Positions 11,251-26,399 of a stretch of DNA of 64,000 nucleotides are shown here, piece by piece. The notes beneath the pieces were generated by a model. That model ran no database searches. It was not told the DNA's origin and worked only from the letters and a program-made list of their open reading frames with translations. The DNA comes from Camelus ferus (lineage: Eukaryota). Positions within the stretch are counted from its first letter, which is position 1; every line of letters begins with the position of its first letter. The translations under genes and the position numbers were made by a program. The stretch covers positions 63,676,001 through 63,740,000 of the forward strand of contig NC_045697.1 of the NCBI RefSeq assembly GCF_009834535.1, in the 5' to 3' direction.

Positions 11251-14200
11251 TCATGTTTGATTTTTGGTGCAGCTTGAATTTGCTGCGGAGAAAGGAATGA
11301 GAGGAATACAAATTCACAGTGAGAAAGTGAAAGCTTGCTCATGGTCATGGGTCTGCAGATATCTAGGATGATGGTGGACATAGACGGTGTGTGAGAATAA
11401 GAGTGCAAAGACCATATTTTAAAAAGAATAACATGAAAACTTCTCATGTTTTAGATATTTCAGTTGGTCATTTATTTTTCCCTTTAATCAAAAGAGAATA
11501 TTTTTTAGTTACTGATTTTGATGCATAACTAATACATTGTCTTAGTATACTAATATATATAGTATACTAATAGTCAAACAATAGTTTTCAGTGGAGTCAA
11601 CAGAGCTGGTGATTTGACTCAACAGAAAGCACACCAGCACAGCACATTCTGGACTGAGTGTGTGTTGTGGGGAAGGATTTAATCCAAAAGCATCTCTAAG
11701 ATATTAACAGAGTCTAGAATTCAAAGAAGGGAAAGGCATCCTAAGGGGCCCAGAGGGTAATAAATAGTGTTTGAAACAGAAAAGATGTGATTCAGGCTGG
11801 GTTGGGTCTCAGTGGTGTGATGTTTAGAGGCAGAGACCTGATATGGTAGTCAAGTAGAATGAAAAAGCACAGTTTTTGGAACAGAAGACAAAACATATAT
11901 TCAGGAAAAACTGACATACCTTATTAGGAGATACAGAGCATTCATAGAAGGATATAACATTAGGAACCCAGGATGGAGCCTGATTCATGAGAACTTTCAC
12001 TGCTACTTTTGTACTTTCTGATGGGAAACTTCTAAAGTTATTTTAGTAGGCAAGAGACATGCTTTAAAATATTATTTGGAAGAATTTTGTGTGGCATCAG
12101 AGTATCAAAGGGACTAGGGGACAGGGATCAGGAAAGAAAAGGAATGTTGCAGAATTCTGTTTTTCTGTGGTATAATTAATCTACGCTCTGGGTACAAGGC
12201 TCTCATCTATCTCTACCTTAGAAAGTTTTCATGTTTATCATTTGAATTTCATTTAAAGAGTTGCTTGATCCTTTGTGTTCTACACATTATTTATTTTGGT
12301 CATTGACAACTCCACCGCCTTAGAGATGGTAAATTATGTGGGAAATTGTTGTTCTATATTCCTCTATATTTATAATTTTTTAAACTATCAGTGTTTTGCA
12401 GATTACATTGAAGAAAGAAACTCCAAAAAAAAGTTTTCTTCATGTCTAATACTTAGTGCAAACTCTGGAATAGACATGCATCACTTGGAGATAATTAAAA
12501 GCAAAGAATCCCCATGACTTTGTGCAATAGATCCCCAGATATGGACAGTGCTATCACTTGCGGTACTTGAGTCTGACATGACAGCTGCCAGGTGTTACAG
12601 GCTTACTTGTTTTTAAAGTAAAAGGCAAAAAAATTTAAGAACCTTCACAGATGAAGCAGAACAGTGTCTGCCAGCACAAAATGCCTGGCTTACATTTCCA
12701 TAAAGTAAATTCCAGCTGTCTTAACTAAGGACCAAACAACCTGTTTCAGTACACATGAATTATAATGTTCCCAAACCTTTAGTTCTCAAAAAAATCACTC
12801 AAGTACACCTCAGGTATTTGAGAAGCTGTGTGGATTCTTGCCAAGCTCCTGACAATGAGCAGACATTGCTTGACTGATTGAAATCATCACACCTAAGGTC
12901 CACTTCATAAATCTTTGTTTATTAAAATATATGATTGTGAAACCATCAGTGATCTTCCTTTCATGTGTTAATTGACCTTTTTCACTTAGTTATAAAATCT
13001 AAACTGAAACAAAAAAGGTAACTACCGTAATTTTCATGTTATTTTTGTTGTTGTTGCAAAAGTGTTTATTTGTAAAGGTAAATTAGATGTCTGCTTATTT
13101 GGCTTATAATGCATGCCTGTGCATGCATTAATGAGGATAGAGACATAAGCTTGGTCTTTCACTAATACTCAGTATGTAATCTGCCATCTAAAACCTGCTC
13201 CTCTCCCTGTGTCCCATATTGATAAATGTTACCATTATCCAGTCAGTTGTTCCTGCAGGAAACTTGAAATTCTGGAAACTTTTGGTTGATCATACAAGTT
13301 TTAAAAATTTGCCCTCATCAGACCCCATTGAAATGGCAGTGAAATAATTTTTTAACGGATGTAATCTCAAAACCACAGTGAAGTGATTGTCCTCTGTAGC
13401 TGAGAGCTTTTAATATGTTTCTAGAAGATAAGAAGGGGATGGAAGAGTGATAAGAAATGAATCTGCGAGGAACATTGGCAACCTGTTATACAGGCAACGG
13501 GACATGCAACTTGAGAAAGACATAGCTGGTCCTGTAGACCCTGAGATACTTGCGACTTGGTCTTGGTTTGCAGAAGATCAGTGTTAAGACATGAGGCTGT
13601 AAACAAGGATGTTAATTGAAAGGCTATTTTTGGAGTATTTGATCGTTCCATTATGAGGGCTGAATTTTCAGCAGCCAGGAGTCTAATACACTAGAGGGGG
13701 TGTGGCGGGGGGAGTATGTGAAACGTGGTTGGGAAGGGGTTACTTTTCTATGGAAAATAAACTAATGGACTGGGAAGATCTAGAACAGCTGGCAAAGTGT
13801 TTCTGAAAACAAAGACCTCTACCTTAGGGCATTTTGTGGTTTCCTTGAAAACAAAACCAAACCAGAAACATGTGGTTCCTTGCCCAGTCACCAAAAAGCA
13901 AAAGCCTTCTCCCCTCCAGTCAACCATCCCCCAAGTAGCTTTTTGTCTTATCACTAAATGTGTATGTAAAACCAAGTGGTACATGGCATGTAGTACCAGA
14001 AGAGGGAAAGATGTTATCTTTTTAAGGGTAAAAATTGTTTATATCACTTCTATCCTAATCCTACTAACCAGAACTTGGTCAAGTGGCCCCAACAAATGGC
14101 ATAAGATGCTGGGAAATAATGGGAAAGCAGAAACCTGAATAATCTTGGAGCCCATTGAGCAATCAAGTAAGAGTTGTAGTGAACTGATTTTTAGCTTTTA

Positions 14201-16219
14201 GTTTTATTTTAAAATTCCTGTTTGACATTAAACAAGTATAAGCATATGCCTATGTATTTACCTCAAAATAATTCAACCTAGTTTCTAGTTCCCCCTTTTC
14301 AATATCTATTTATTTAAATATATATGTAAAAAGAAAACAAATTAAATAGGAAACACTGAAAAATAATTATCCAGCTCTCTAAACCAGAAACCAAGCCATA
14401 TATCTTGACTCAGTTTGCTCAAAAAACAAACAAAAAACAGTTACAAGCAAAATTTGTATCAAATGGTCTGTTCCTACCCATTGGAGCCCATCTCTGCTCC
14501 CAATTCTTGGCTCTGTTTTCTGCACGTGACCCCATTCCTGCTCCTCCATGATTCGTATTGACATTTAGATTTCAGATTCCCCCTGTGAATTTGAATTTGT
14601 TCCACTGCTGAGACTATAGGTGAGACTTTAACTTTGGATAGAAAATCAATCTAATTCTAATCCTTCAGAGAACATTTTTAGATGTTTATATCCTGTGAAA
14701 GAGATGTCTAGGCATCTGTTGTGTAGGAAGCCTAAGTTTACTTAAGCTGTACATGAATGTTGTCCAGTAAAGAGGCTGAAATTCTTAGGAATCTTAAAGT
14801 ACCTTAAGGTAATGCATATCAAGTGTTCTCTTTTCATCTAAATCAAACTTTGAGCAAGCACCATGTGTGTGCTAATTTCCACTAATAAACAAACACTAAA
14901 GCCCTCATTTTTGACCTTTGAGGGTAAATTTATTATTTCACAAGCTTTTGTCTCAAAAAAAAATCCTTATAAAGAAATTCTGTTGTTCATTGACCCTAGA
15001 CTGAAAAAATCACTCATATAAGACCTTACTAACTATATAAAGACAAATATTTACTGTGTAGCTATTTTAAAGGATTTATTATATTTACATAAGTATTAAT
15101 TTCCTTCTAATTAATTGAGGTTAACTGCCAGAATAACTTAGTGAAAAGGGCAGATGACAGTGAGTAAACCATATAATGTATATCAAATAGGCATCATATA
15201 AGATTTTAAAATATGTAACTCCAACAAGTAAACATTCACATTTCTCTGCCTCTGTTTTTCCTCAGATATTTAAAAATATATTTGCCTTTTTTACTTTTAA
15301 TCCTCAATTTGCTATAACTTGTAAAAAAAAATTCTGATTTAGGGAAAAATATATAGTATTCAACTATCAAATACTGTGTTTTTGTCTATAAGAGTGTTAT
15401 AAAAAGGTGACTTAAATATAACAATTCCAATAAAAATACAATTTATATTATTTGATGGTAGAGAGTCTCTTCTCATGGATCGGCTTTAGTAAGAGAGAAG
15501 GATTAGAATGAATTTCATGTGTACAATTGTATATAGTTACTTAATAATCTGATATCCCTTTGATTATACACTCTCATTCACTTTTTTGATGACCAAATGA
15601 CTTCCAGAAGTCCTACTGATGACAGAATCCTTCTACATTTTAAAAATTTATTGGCAGTACAAAACAGAGTAATTTGTGAAATAAGCTTATATTGGTGGAG
15701 CAGCAATTCCTCATAGTAACTATGTGTTCCAAAAATCTCTAACATGAGTTCAAGTACACATTGCACTATTGTCATAGGACAATCAAATAACAGGATTCCT
15801 TATAACTTAGAGCTCATCCCATGCTTAATGATCCATTACTGGCATAGCAAGGGCTAAAACATAAACTGTTGATGATAAAACTCTTAATAATAAGCTAAAG
15901 TCTGGGTTATTTAAGACTCAACTTACTTAAAGGATAATTTTACAAGACTAAAAACTGACCTTAGAGCACACTTGAGTAAAGACATAGACATCTTAATAGC
16001 TTTCCTTAATATTAACTAGGAGTGACTGTCATTAATATTGATCCATTTAATAAACAAACTTTTACATGAGAGAGAAGGTCAACACAGTAAGAAATGAAGA
16101 TATATTTATTCATCTTAAGATATTAACCAGTTTCCAGGGTTCAACCAAAAAGAAAACACCATGAATTCTAACAGTAATAATGGTATTTAGAGGTAGTCAC
16201 AGTCAGTGTATCTGAGAAT

Positions 16220-16385
16220 AATACAACTCATTACATTCAGTGCACTGATTTGAGTCCTTTAAATGGCATATCCAGTGAAATTTTAACCCATGAAAAAAAT
16301 TAAAGTTAAATAACATACCAATGTCGCGTAACAAGCAAATGATGAAATCACGAAGTTAGTCCTGGCCATCTGATTCCAGAACTTA
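16220..16385 (-). mobile_element. MIR fragment
   Basis: aaagttaaataacatacccaatgtcgcg...ggccatctgattccaga. Confidence 0.5.
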
Positions 16386-16859
16386 ATTGAAGCTAGTGGA
16401 GGTAGAAGATAACAAACACAAAAAGAAAAAAAAAAATTTCATTTTCAAAGACATTATAGTGACTTTCTGGTGGTATTTCTCCTTTCTTATCTACATTATT
16501 TTTTAATGAGTAAAGGCCCAGATTAAACAAAGTAAGTAAAAGTAATCTGGGGACTGAGGCAGAAGGATAAATTGACGAGAGAACAGTAACCAGATTGTGT
16601 CATCCTTTGTGGGCAAAGCAAATTTAACCACATCTCTAATGGTTGGAAAAATTAAAGTACCAGAACTGAATCACTACAATGACGAATGTCTGTTATGGAT
16701 ACATGAATAATAAGTATTAATTTCATAAAATGTTATGGAATGTTTCTCTCAAAGATAGGGAACAAAAAAGAACTACTTCATTTGTAGTTGAAGAAATATA
16801 TTTCAATTCCATATTTATATCATGATGATTTTTAAAGGTTAAAACGCATAATCAGTTAT

Positions 16860-17020
16860 CCGAAGCCTGGGGCATTGGCCTAGGCTACTGCTCATTTACA
16901 CTTTGACTATTCACAACAATCACCATTTTGAATTTAAGTATCTGTCTTTCATTGTAAAATTAGGCTTTTAATTTCTGCCATACCTACTTCATGGGCTTGT
17001 TTTCACAATCAAGTAGGATA
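16860..17020 (+). mobile_element. MIR fragment
   Basis: Core-like tctttcattgtaaaat...tacctacttcatgggcttgtt. Confidence 0.5.
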
Positions 17021-17899
17021 TTTGATACACACGTAATGTGTGTGTACTTGTATATACACATACATCTACATGTGTATATAATTGAAATAAAAAATGTTCT
17101 GTTTAACAACCTGCTACTGTTTCTTTGTATAACTACGTTTAAAATAGTTCTTACACTGAAATAATGCTGTTCACTGCCACAAACCCACTGATTAATGGTA
17201 TAAATTTTGTATTTATGCAAATTAAGATTACAAAGTACAAAGATGATTGCTTAATAAAGTCACTTTGCCAATCTAATTAGCTTTGCTTCGCTTAGACTAC
17301 TAGAGCAATACATTCTTCAGAAAAAAGCCTAAAGAATTACTGAGGAAAGTTAGAATGAAAGATAAAGCAGCAGAGGCTGGACCAGATACCAGCCAGGCTT
17401 GGACTTTATCTCCTGAATCTCTGTTTCCCTCTGAACTTCAGTTGGTTTCATATCACGGATGACTGTTAGCCTTTTATTTTCAAGTTTCTGTGTCTGATTT
17501 TTGGAACCATTAACTCCTTGAGAACAAATAAGAAATTTGAAATACCCCCTGCACTGTTACCATTTCATGTTCTTACAATAATACTTTCAAAGGGGAGGGA
17601 AAAGCATGAGTTTTTCTTAATTGATGACATTCTATCTCTCCCCTCTTTGGAATTTCATGCCAGATAAGGGTATTGCTTTTTAGGGTACGTGTTGAGTGCT
17701 AGATTTGTAAGTAAACAGAAAAATATCAGGATTGAGAGGTGTTGTTTCACACATTTCTGTCTATTTTGAGAATAGAAATGCTTGGGAAGAAAATTTGAAA
17801 CAGGACAGACTGTAGATTACTATCTATCATATGCAAAGAGCTCTTAATAAATGCCAAGGAGACAAAAACAAATCAAACAAACAAAAAAAAAAAACAAAT

Positions 17900-18400
17900 T
17901 CAGATAGAAAATAAATATAAAAATATATTCAAACTTACTGGTTGTCAGAATGTAACTTATATTTACGAGTTAACTCTTTATATCCCTTAGACTTGTAAAA
18001 AATCTGAAAACCCTGTTATAGCAATTGCTGACTGGGATGCCAGAAAAATGCTTATTTTGCTAGTGGAAATGTGAATTTCTCCCGTATCTAGTTAATTAAC
18101 ACATTTATCACCTCACATAGTTATCTTTTTTTTTAAAGAACATTTAACATTATGGTGAAAGCAACCATTTAAAAAACATTCTGAAAACATCTGTTAAAAT
18201 GCACTCTTTGACCCAGCAGTGCACTTCTCAAAACCCATCACATAGATATGAAACCACCAGTGCTTAATGATATATGTACAATTATTTATTTGAAGCATTG
18301 TTGATAGTAGCAAACTATTAAAACTGGATCGATGGTCTATCAATGTGAGACTAGCTGGGTAAATTTTAGAGCATGCATACCATGGGATATAATGCAGCCT
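17900..18400 (+). mobile_element. Old L1 (L1ME-like) ORF2/3' fragment, containing a short antisense L1MA piece at about 18075-18150
   Basis: tttgacccagcagtgcacttc and gcattgttgatagtagcaaa; internal aacacatttatcacctcacatagttatc. Confidence 0.55.
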
Positions 18401-19282
18401 TGGAAGAGGAAGAAAGGGAGGGAAGGAGAGAGGAAGAAAGACAGTTCTCTAAAGAACAGATATTTTTCAGTAAAAGATTCTGTACATTTCCAAGGTAATG
18501 TTGCTTTATTCATTCCATTTCATGACTTTCAAGTGAATATTTTGATTTCCTCATTATGGCATACATATTGCTTCATTTTGTGCAAGTGCTGATAGATCAG
18601 TTTTCATAAAGTTAAGATACAGAAAGACAGTTGTTCATAGTAGTGGTATTTTACAGAGATGGTATCTTCTGAATTAATATTACAGTTGGATAATCACATT
18701 TAAAAATCTACCTCAGGAAGGGCATCAGTTCATAGGAAAAGACCTGAAATTCTTTTTTCTTCAGGCTTCATCTGAAACTATTCAACCAATTGGAAAAAGC
18801 TGTTTTCTATCAGCAAATACAAGATAATTACTTGAAACAACTTTTTGAAATAACTTTTTTTATATAATTGTTATAAAAGATTAGTTTGTCTCATGAAAAA
18901 AAATGTTCTTTATATGATACCAATCTGAGATACATATATTAAATAGAAAATATCTTTTAGCAATTCATATACTATTACTATTATGAAATAAACATTTAGA
19001 AAGATAAACATGGCAGAATTGATTAAAAGAATAAATATATTTTTTATCGTCCTCCAACCAAATTATTGGATTATCTTTAAAGGCTGGGTATTAGGGGCTC
19101 CAAGACAAAAATTATATACTGAAGAAAAATTACTATGTGATAAAAAGCTTAAATTCCTCACATTTTCCAGTAAAAACTCTTCATTCTGGTGATGTAGAGG
19201 TATGCTTATAGTATAAAAATACTTAATGAATGCAAAAATAAAAGGGATATAAACTAATATTCAAAAAAGAAACATTAAAAAC

Positions 19283-20545
19283 ATTTTTATTGAAGTATAC
19301 TTGATGTGTAATATTATACAGATTATAGGAGTACCAAATAGTGATTCAGTTAGTAAAGGTTATACCCCATTTATAGTTATTATAAAATATTGGCTATATT
19401 TCTTGTGTTGTACTGTATATCCTTGTAGCTTATTTTAGTAGTTTGTACCTCCTAATCCTCTACCCCTATATTGCCCCTCCCCACCTTTGCTCTCCTCATT
19501 GGTAATCACAGTTTGTTCTCTGTGTCTGCTCTTTTTTGTTATATTCACTAGTTTGTTGTATTTTAAAAATTCCATATGTAAGTGATATCATACAGTATTT
19601 ATCTTTCTCTGTCTAACTTACTTCACTTAGCATAATGCTCTCCAAGTCCATCCATGTTTCTGCCAGTGGCAAAATTTCATTCTTTTTTAAGGTTGAGTAG
19701 TATTCCATTGTATATATAAACCACATCTTTATCCTTTCATCTGTTGATGGACACTTAGGTTGCTTCCATATCTTAGCAATTGTAAATAATGCTGCTATGA
19801 ACATTGGGTTTCATGTATCATCTCAAATTAGTGTTTTTGTTTTTTCCAGATACATACCCAGGAGTGGACTTGCTGGGTCTTAGTTCTAGCTTTAGTTTTT
19901 TGACAAACCTCCACATTGTTTTTCACAGTGAATGCACCAATTTACATTGCCACCAACAGTGTACAAGGGTTCCTTTTTCTTCATATCTTCGCCAACATTT
20001 GTTATTTGTGTTCTTTTTGATGATAGCCATCTGACAGGTGTGAGGTGATATCTGATTGTGGTTTTGATTTGCATTTCCCTGATGATTAGCAATGTTGAGC
20101 ATCTTTGCGTGTTGGCCATTTACATTTCCTCTTTGGAAAAATGTCTGTACTGTTCTTCTGCCCATGTTTTAATCTATTTATTTGTTTTTGTTGTTTTTTT
20201 TTTTTTTTTGATGTTGAATTGTATGAATTGTTTATATATTTTGGATACAGTTCCCCCTTATCAGTCATATCACTTGCAAATATTTTCTCCCATTTAGTAG
20301 GTTGTCTTCATTTTGTCAATGGTGTCTTTTGCTGTGCGAAAGCTTTTAAGTTTAGTTGGATCCCATTTATCTGTTTTTCCTTTAACTTTCTTTGTTTTTG
20401 GAGACAAATCAAAAAAATGTTGCTACAATTTATGTCAAAGAGTGTTCTGCCTATGCTTTCCTTCAGGAATTTTATCCAGTCTTATTATTAGGTCTTTAAT
20501 CCATTTTGAGGTTTTTTTTTTTTAATACATAATGTTAGAGAATGA
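19283..20545 (-). mobile_element. 5'-truncated LINE-1 (3' UTR plus frameshifted ORF2 C-terminus)
   Basis: ORFs [20 protein letters not shown]...WMDLESIMLSEVS and [17 protein letters not shown] are L1 ORF2 C-terminal sequence. Confidence 0.95.
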
Positions 20546-23379
20546 ATAAATGGAGTCACACATTCATTATGCTCCTGACAATGCACCAGTTTCTGAAAAT
20601 AATTAACAGTCTCCCACCATGACATACAGAATGTTCAGAACTTTAGGAATTACTTATATTAAACGTCAATTCACAAAACAACAATAACAGCAAAAACAAA
20701 ACAGAAAAAACCTCTACATTAAACTTAAACTTGGTTAAAACATTTCTGCAAGGGTGTGAGCTACTGAGGTGTAGTTATATGATGCTTAAATGTAGCTTGA
20801 TTCAAATAGAGAAACAATAATAGCTGAAGGAGTAGATGGAAAGCATATTCTTTGGGATATTTTCCTTTATACAGTTTCTCTTAGCCGGACTTTTAAAATG
20901 AGCTGGAAAACAAGTGAATCAAAGTTAAAATCTTTAGTTACAGCCTCTCATAACTATTTTATGTCGACTTGGATGCTGCCTAAGCTGATGTTAGGAAAAT
21001 AGGCATGTGTTCTAACCATGATTGAGGGTGCTACAAACTACTTCTCTGCTCAGGTAATTGAAGACTGAACTCTGAACAATAAAATGCCATCTTTTTTTCA
21101 GATAACTAGCATGTTCTAAATTTTTAACATGTAATTATCATATCTACATGACTAACACATGTGTGATCCTTAGGTATTTCCCACAGCTACTCCCCAAAAT
21201 GAACATTTTAAGTACAGACCTGGTTTCCTCATTGGATAAATCTGGAGGACCTTTTAGGCTTATGATCCTTACTAGGAAATTTGCACTTGCTTCTTAATGG
21301 TAACTTCTGTAAACCTTTTTTTGATCATCTCTGTGTGATCTGGAAGTTGCAACAAGATAGCTTCCCATGCATACATTGTTTTCTTGCTGTTAACCCCTTG
21401 AGGACAAGAAATCATTTTCCTAGACACTTTGGTAGCAAGGATGCAGAAGATTTCTAGAGATAACATGTAAAGGAAAGGAACTTGTATACCACTTAACATA
21501 AATATATATCTATCTGACTATTCATTTCTCTCTTTATTCATCTGCCTGTCTACCTACAGATGAAGATGGAGATAGATAACTAATATTAAATGGCAAGGAA
21601 TAGCTCTTAATATTTTCTCCTTTCCATATAAACAAATGATAAAAATCTTGATTTAAAGTAAAGACAGTATTAGAAAATACGATTTTGATTACCACACCTT
21701 CCATCCTCCTTTAAACCATGAGATTACATCTTTGCTCTAATTGGACATGATTCTTAAACTCGTGAAACTTAATAAGATGGGAATAGCTTGTTTACATTTA
21801 AAACTTAAAACATTTAAAGTATATCAAACGGATGGTTGAACTCTGTAGGAGTTCTCCTCTGGCAAGTTTGTTTAGCATATATAAATCATTAAAATAATGG
21901 AAAATAACCCAAGCTCAAGTGGAATAAGAATGACTATTCAACAAAATAGTTTTAAAAGTAATTTGAGACTAAATTTAGAAAAAAAAAAAAAGATGCCCTT
22001 GAAGAAACAATCTTTTGGAAAAATTTTTTCCTTAATGTGTATATGACTAAGAATTGTGAAGTCCCGTTAAGTTATGATGGACAAAGTTTCTCCACACATC
22101 TGCTATCACTATCAGCAGTAGGGCAAATCTCTCCAATTCAGCTTTGTTTGAATTAGAAATATGGAAAAGGAGTGGAAAGTAATTAGAAAAGACATCTTCC
22201 TAGTCTTTCTTGTCTCTGTTTTGAAATGAGAATTCCATGCTGTGATCATATCATTTCAACATGCCATGACAGGGAATGACATCACAAACATACACATTCC
22301 CCAAACCTACAGGGATTTCTGACTGGTCCTAGGATGAGTTTATATTCACTTTTTTTTTTTCCTCCCCTAAGCCGAAGTCCTGGAGGTTTGGTCCATTTGC
22401 CTTTCTGTTCATGGCTACCACCGATTACTTCTGAAGATGCAATCCTGTACTGGCAGATCTCCATAGGATACAATATTCCTAACTTCCTCTGCTCTTTTGA
22501 AGTGGAGAGTTTTTATTGCTAGTAATGTCAAGAGAACAGAAAGAAGGCTAACATAATTGGAAAATAAGTGGGAAGTTACAAAATTATAACACAACACTTG
22601 CAGCAATAGTTGTTTCTGGTTTTTGTTGAAAAGCAAATGAAGTTTGGAAGGCTACAGGCTATTGCTCTTCTTTGCCTTGATTAATGTTTGTGTAAATGAC
22701 TCTTGAGTCTTACAAGCTGATATCTCTGCATTGTGATCTCAGAGAGCGATTCCCAATTTGAAGGGCAGATAGATTCAGGTTGAGAGTGACTGTCTGTATG
22801 AAAGTGACAGGAAGATTACTGTCATTTTATTCAGTATCACAAGATCATCACCACTTACATGTGTGAATTTCTATATTTCTACTTCTTGTCTGGCTCTTCA
22901 AAACAACCCTCTGTGGATGCTTTAGTAGAAAACCTGAATGTCATACAGCCTGTGTAAGTTTACCATTATCACCTATTAAGTAAATGGACAAGGTCAACCT
23001 GCTGGTAATGTCCCGATCTCCTTTCTGCTTCATGTCAAATACCAGCTTCCTAAAATTCTCTCTCTTCACAAGCCCAGGCTGCTTTGTCTTGTCCTACTTT
23101 TGTTATACAGTTATCACGGGTTGATGCTGAGATAGGGGTCTCTCATTTTCAGATGAGTTTTTAATATTTTTAATACATAGTGATGCTTATTTTAGGCCTT
23201 CCAGTCTTGTATTCTCGTTCTTATGACTCAAATATTACCTCTTACTCTTCCCCAGAAGTCTTGTCCTATTATTATTCTTTTCTCTGGCCCACTAGCTGTT
23301 TGTAGAAAGTACACATTTTTCCATCCTTTCAGGAAATCTCCTTTGCTCCAGGCCTTCGAAGCCCTGAGCTGAAACACTG

Positions 23380-23530
23380 TTGAGTAGGTATGTTTTTCCT
23401 CATGTTGTAGATGAGAACACTGAAGTTTATGAAGTTTAAGTAACACACTCATGGTTACACAGCCTGTAATTGGAGGATCCGGGAATTGCACTAGGTCTAC
23501 ATTTAACCAGTATGCAATATTGCCTTCCCA
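23380..23530 (-). mobile_element. MIR SINE
   Basis: tagatgagaacactgaag...aagtaacacactcatggttacacagc. Confidence 0.75.
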
Positions 23531-23929
23531 AAGGAGAAATTTAGAAGGTTGATTTATCATAATTTGTATCCTGCTCTATAATAATTCCTACAGTCATTTT
23601 TCCTCCTGGTACAGGGTACCAAATCTATTCCCCATGCAAAAATAAGAAATATTTACTAGTGGTAGAAAGTGATACGTGGTTTTTAAAAGAAACTTATCAT
23701 GGAATTTGAAAAGAATATTATATAACTTTGGTAATATTTTAAGACTGCCAGAGAACCACCCTTAAAAACACTTTTATTTTGTGCTTTGTCCTTATTTTGT
23801 CCTTATTTGGTTTATATTCTCTATAAATGATTCATAGCAATTTCCTAACCCTTACCAGTTCTTGAATTTCTTGTAAATAATGAAAAATTTTTTATTTTTT
23901 TGGAACCAGGTCACTTAAGATGGAATGTC

Positions 23930-24110
23930 TGTGTGTGTGTGTGTATGATGAAAGATTTGATTTGTGTTCATTTTTGAAGGATTTTATATGTGTGTGTATA
24001 TATAAATACACACACATATAAAATGTAATATAATATATAATATGTGTGTATATATATATATACACACACACACACATACATTTGTGTATACACACACACA
24101 CACACATATA
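23930..24110. repeat. Compound (TG)n/(TA)n/(CA)n microsatellite
   Basis: Read directly; accounts for ORF 23892-24107. Confidence 0.9.
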
Positions 24111-25819
24111 GCTAAAGTACTAATCCTAACTTTGACTATTGGATCTTTTAATACTACGGTAATGATTTAATAATAATTCTTCATAGTTTGGATGAAAAGG
24201 TTTGAGCCCAAAATATGAGTAATAAAATGTATGTTCTTTGTTTTTAAAATAAAAGCAGCATAACAGAAATTCTTTTAGCAAGATAGACAGAGGAGTAAAC
24301 TCAGAAGTCAATAACTAAAACAACAACAACAAAAAAACCAAACAAGAATTTATAATTTTATTGGAGGCACAACCATCGTTGTTTCATTATATGTGACTAT
24401 TTGAGAAGAACTAATTCTACCTAGGGTGAGTCTGTATTTGACAGGTTTTTCTTTTAGACATTTATAGAAAATATGACCAGTACTATATTAAAACATTTTT
24501 GTGTGCTTTAGGATAATCATGATTTAAATAAAAAAAAAAAAAGAAGAAGAAGCCTATACTATAGATCTCTAAAAACCTCCTCATTAGTCTGAGTAGTGAC
24601 AGGTTCACACAGACCTCTCTATCACTGCTGAAATACCAACAAAAATAGTAATTGCTTTTTTCTCTAGGCTCAATGTTCTTGCCGTAGTTCAGGCTGCTGA
24701 ACAATCATTCAATCAGTCTTTTAGTTGTGGTCCTTTAACAAACTCCTTTTTTTTTTCCTTTGCTGTGGCAAAAATCAGTATTTTATGCAGGAGGATTTAC
24801 TAACATTTTGGTAGTTCTGATAATTTTTTTCCTTTTATTAAATGTCTTTAAAATTCCTCAGACTTTTCTAACAGTAATAGAAAATACTCAGCCAGCTATT
24901 ATCATGCTGTTAAACCCAATATCCTTTCCTGCAATTTAGTTGAGGAGCATTGAATGTTATCCAATGCAGATAAATAAAAGCCAAACAAAAAGTACTTATT
25001 AGGAAACACTGAGAATTATTAACCTAAATAAACAAAAACAATTGGCTAGTCTCTTTCCAAAACATAATTCTGTTCTTTACCCATGGCCAAATTGGGATAA
25101 TGTAATGATCAATATAAATACTATGCTCCTTAAAAGCAGACGAAGGCATTTTCAAAGCTGTATAGATAAAATGCCAACTTGACATTAGAATTTATGTATC
25201 CACTGGGAAATTTTCTGAAGCAAGTTCTTTTAAATGTCGTTGAATATGTTCTTAACCTCTCCAGCTTTTTCCACTACTGAGTTGTTCTACTTCATTTATT
25301 CTTGCCCACTCATGTCACATCCAAGCTTTCTGTTCTTCTTCAGGCTGGTTAGTTACTCTCCTGTCTCTCAAGTCTGCTTGTCTGTGCCCAGCCTCAATGC
25401 TAGACCCTATGGTCCTCATCCAGATACTTAATGTGTTTCCTAGCTCAGCAACTGACATGGGGTTGGTGATGGTGTAAATATTTATATATGCTAACAGCTG
25501 GTGCAGTTTAACAGAAAATGTTTACCTTTATTTACTGACTATTATTTTTCATAATATTTTTTTCTCGTATTCTCCCTCAGGGACTGTCTTCCTCTTGTAA
25601 AGTAAATGTGACATGTTTTGACATACAAAATTTTTGTAAATGTTCAGTTATGTTGTTGGTAGTTGCCATAAAATGGTTCTTTCCTAATTCTTCTGTATGA
25701 AAAACAATACCCAGCATATTTTTGCCATTTTAGTTTGCATAGGCATGATTCTTGATAAGAACAAACTTAAATCTGTTTTTTTTTTGCTCATACTCCTAAA
25801 TGATGAATTTAAAGTGTAT

Positions 25820-25960
25820 CTTAGTTTATAGATTGCAATGTGCAGTGACAAACATCATCTCATTAGATAGTCATAATAAGCATTTAATATCCTCAGTACT
25901 CATATTGTTAATAAAAAATATTATGAGGTTAAATGACTTGTGTAAGGCTGTATCATTTGG
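25820..25960 (-). mobile_element. MIR fragment
   Basis: catcatctcatt...gaggttaaatgacttgtgtaagg. Confidence 0.55.
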
Positions 25961-26399
25961 GATAGTTTCAACTGTAGATAACAAAAACCCAATTCAAATT
26001 CAAATAATAAAGAAAATTTTTATTCATTTAATAGAGAAGGCAAGTTTCAAAGCTGACTTAACCCGGTGGCCCCAGCTCTAGATCTAGTTCCCTGGGATTT
26101 CTTGTCTTTTCCACCATGTGTGGTTTTTTGTGTCATTAAGCTCAGAATGAAATAGCTAGAGGAGATACTGGTCTCAGATTTCTCTGAGGAGATGTCCAGC
26201 AAGGAGAGAGACTGTTGCTATTTTAAGATTAAATTCAAATTTCTAAGTAGCTGTAGCAAGCTTCATTTCACCCTATTGTCCGAATTTAGTCTCATGCTCA
26301 CTTCTGATCTAATTCATGTTGACAAAGGTGTGTCATTCTCTCTTCTGTTACTTCTCCTTCATAACAATGATTTATAATTAGAATAGTAAATAAACAAGT

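Noticed and set aside
19613..20525. Cluster of overlapping ORFs
   Set aside because: All are L1 ORF2 fragments or their antisense frames
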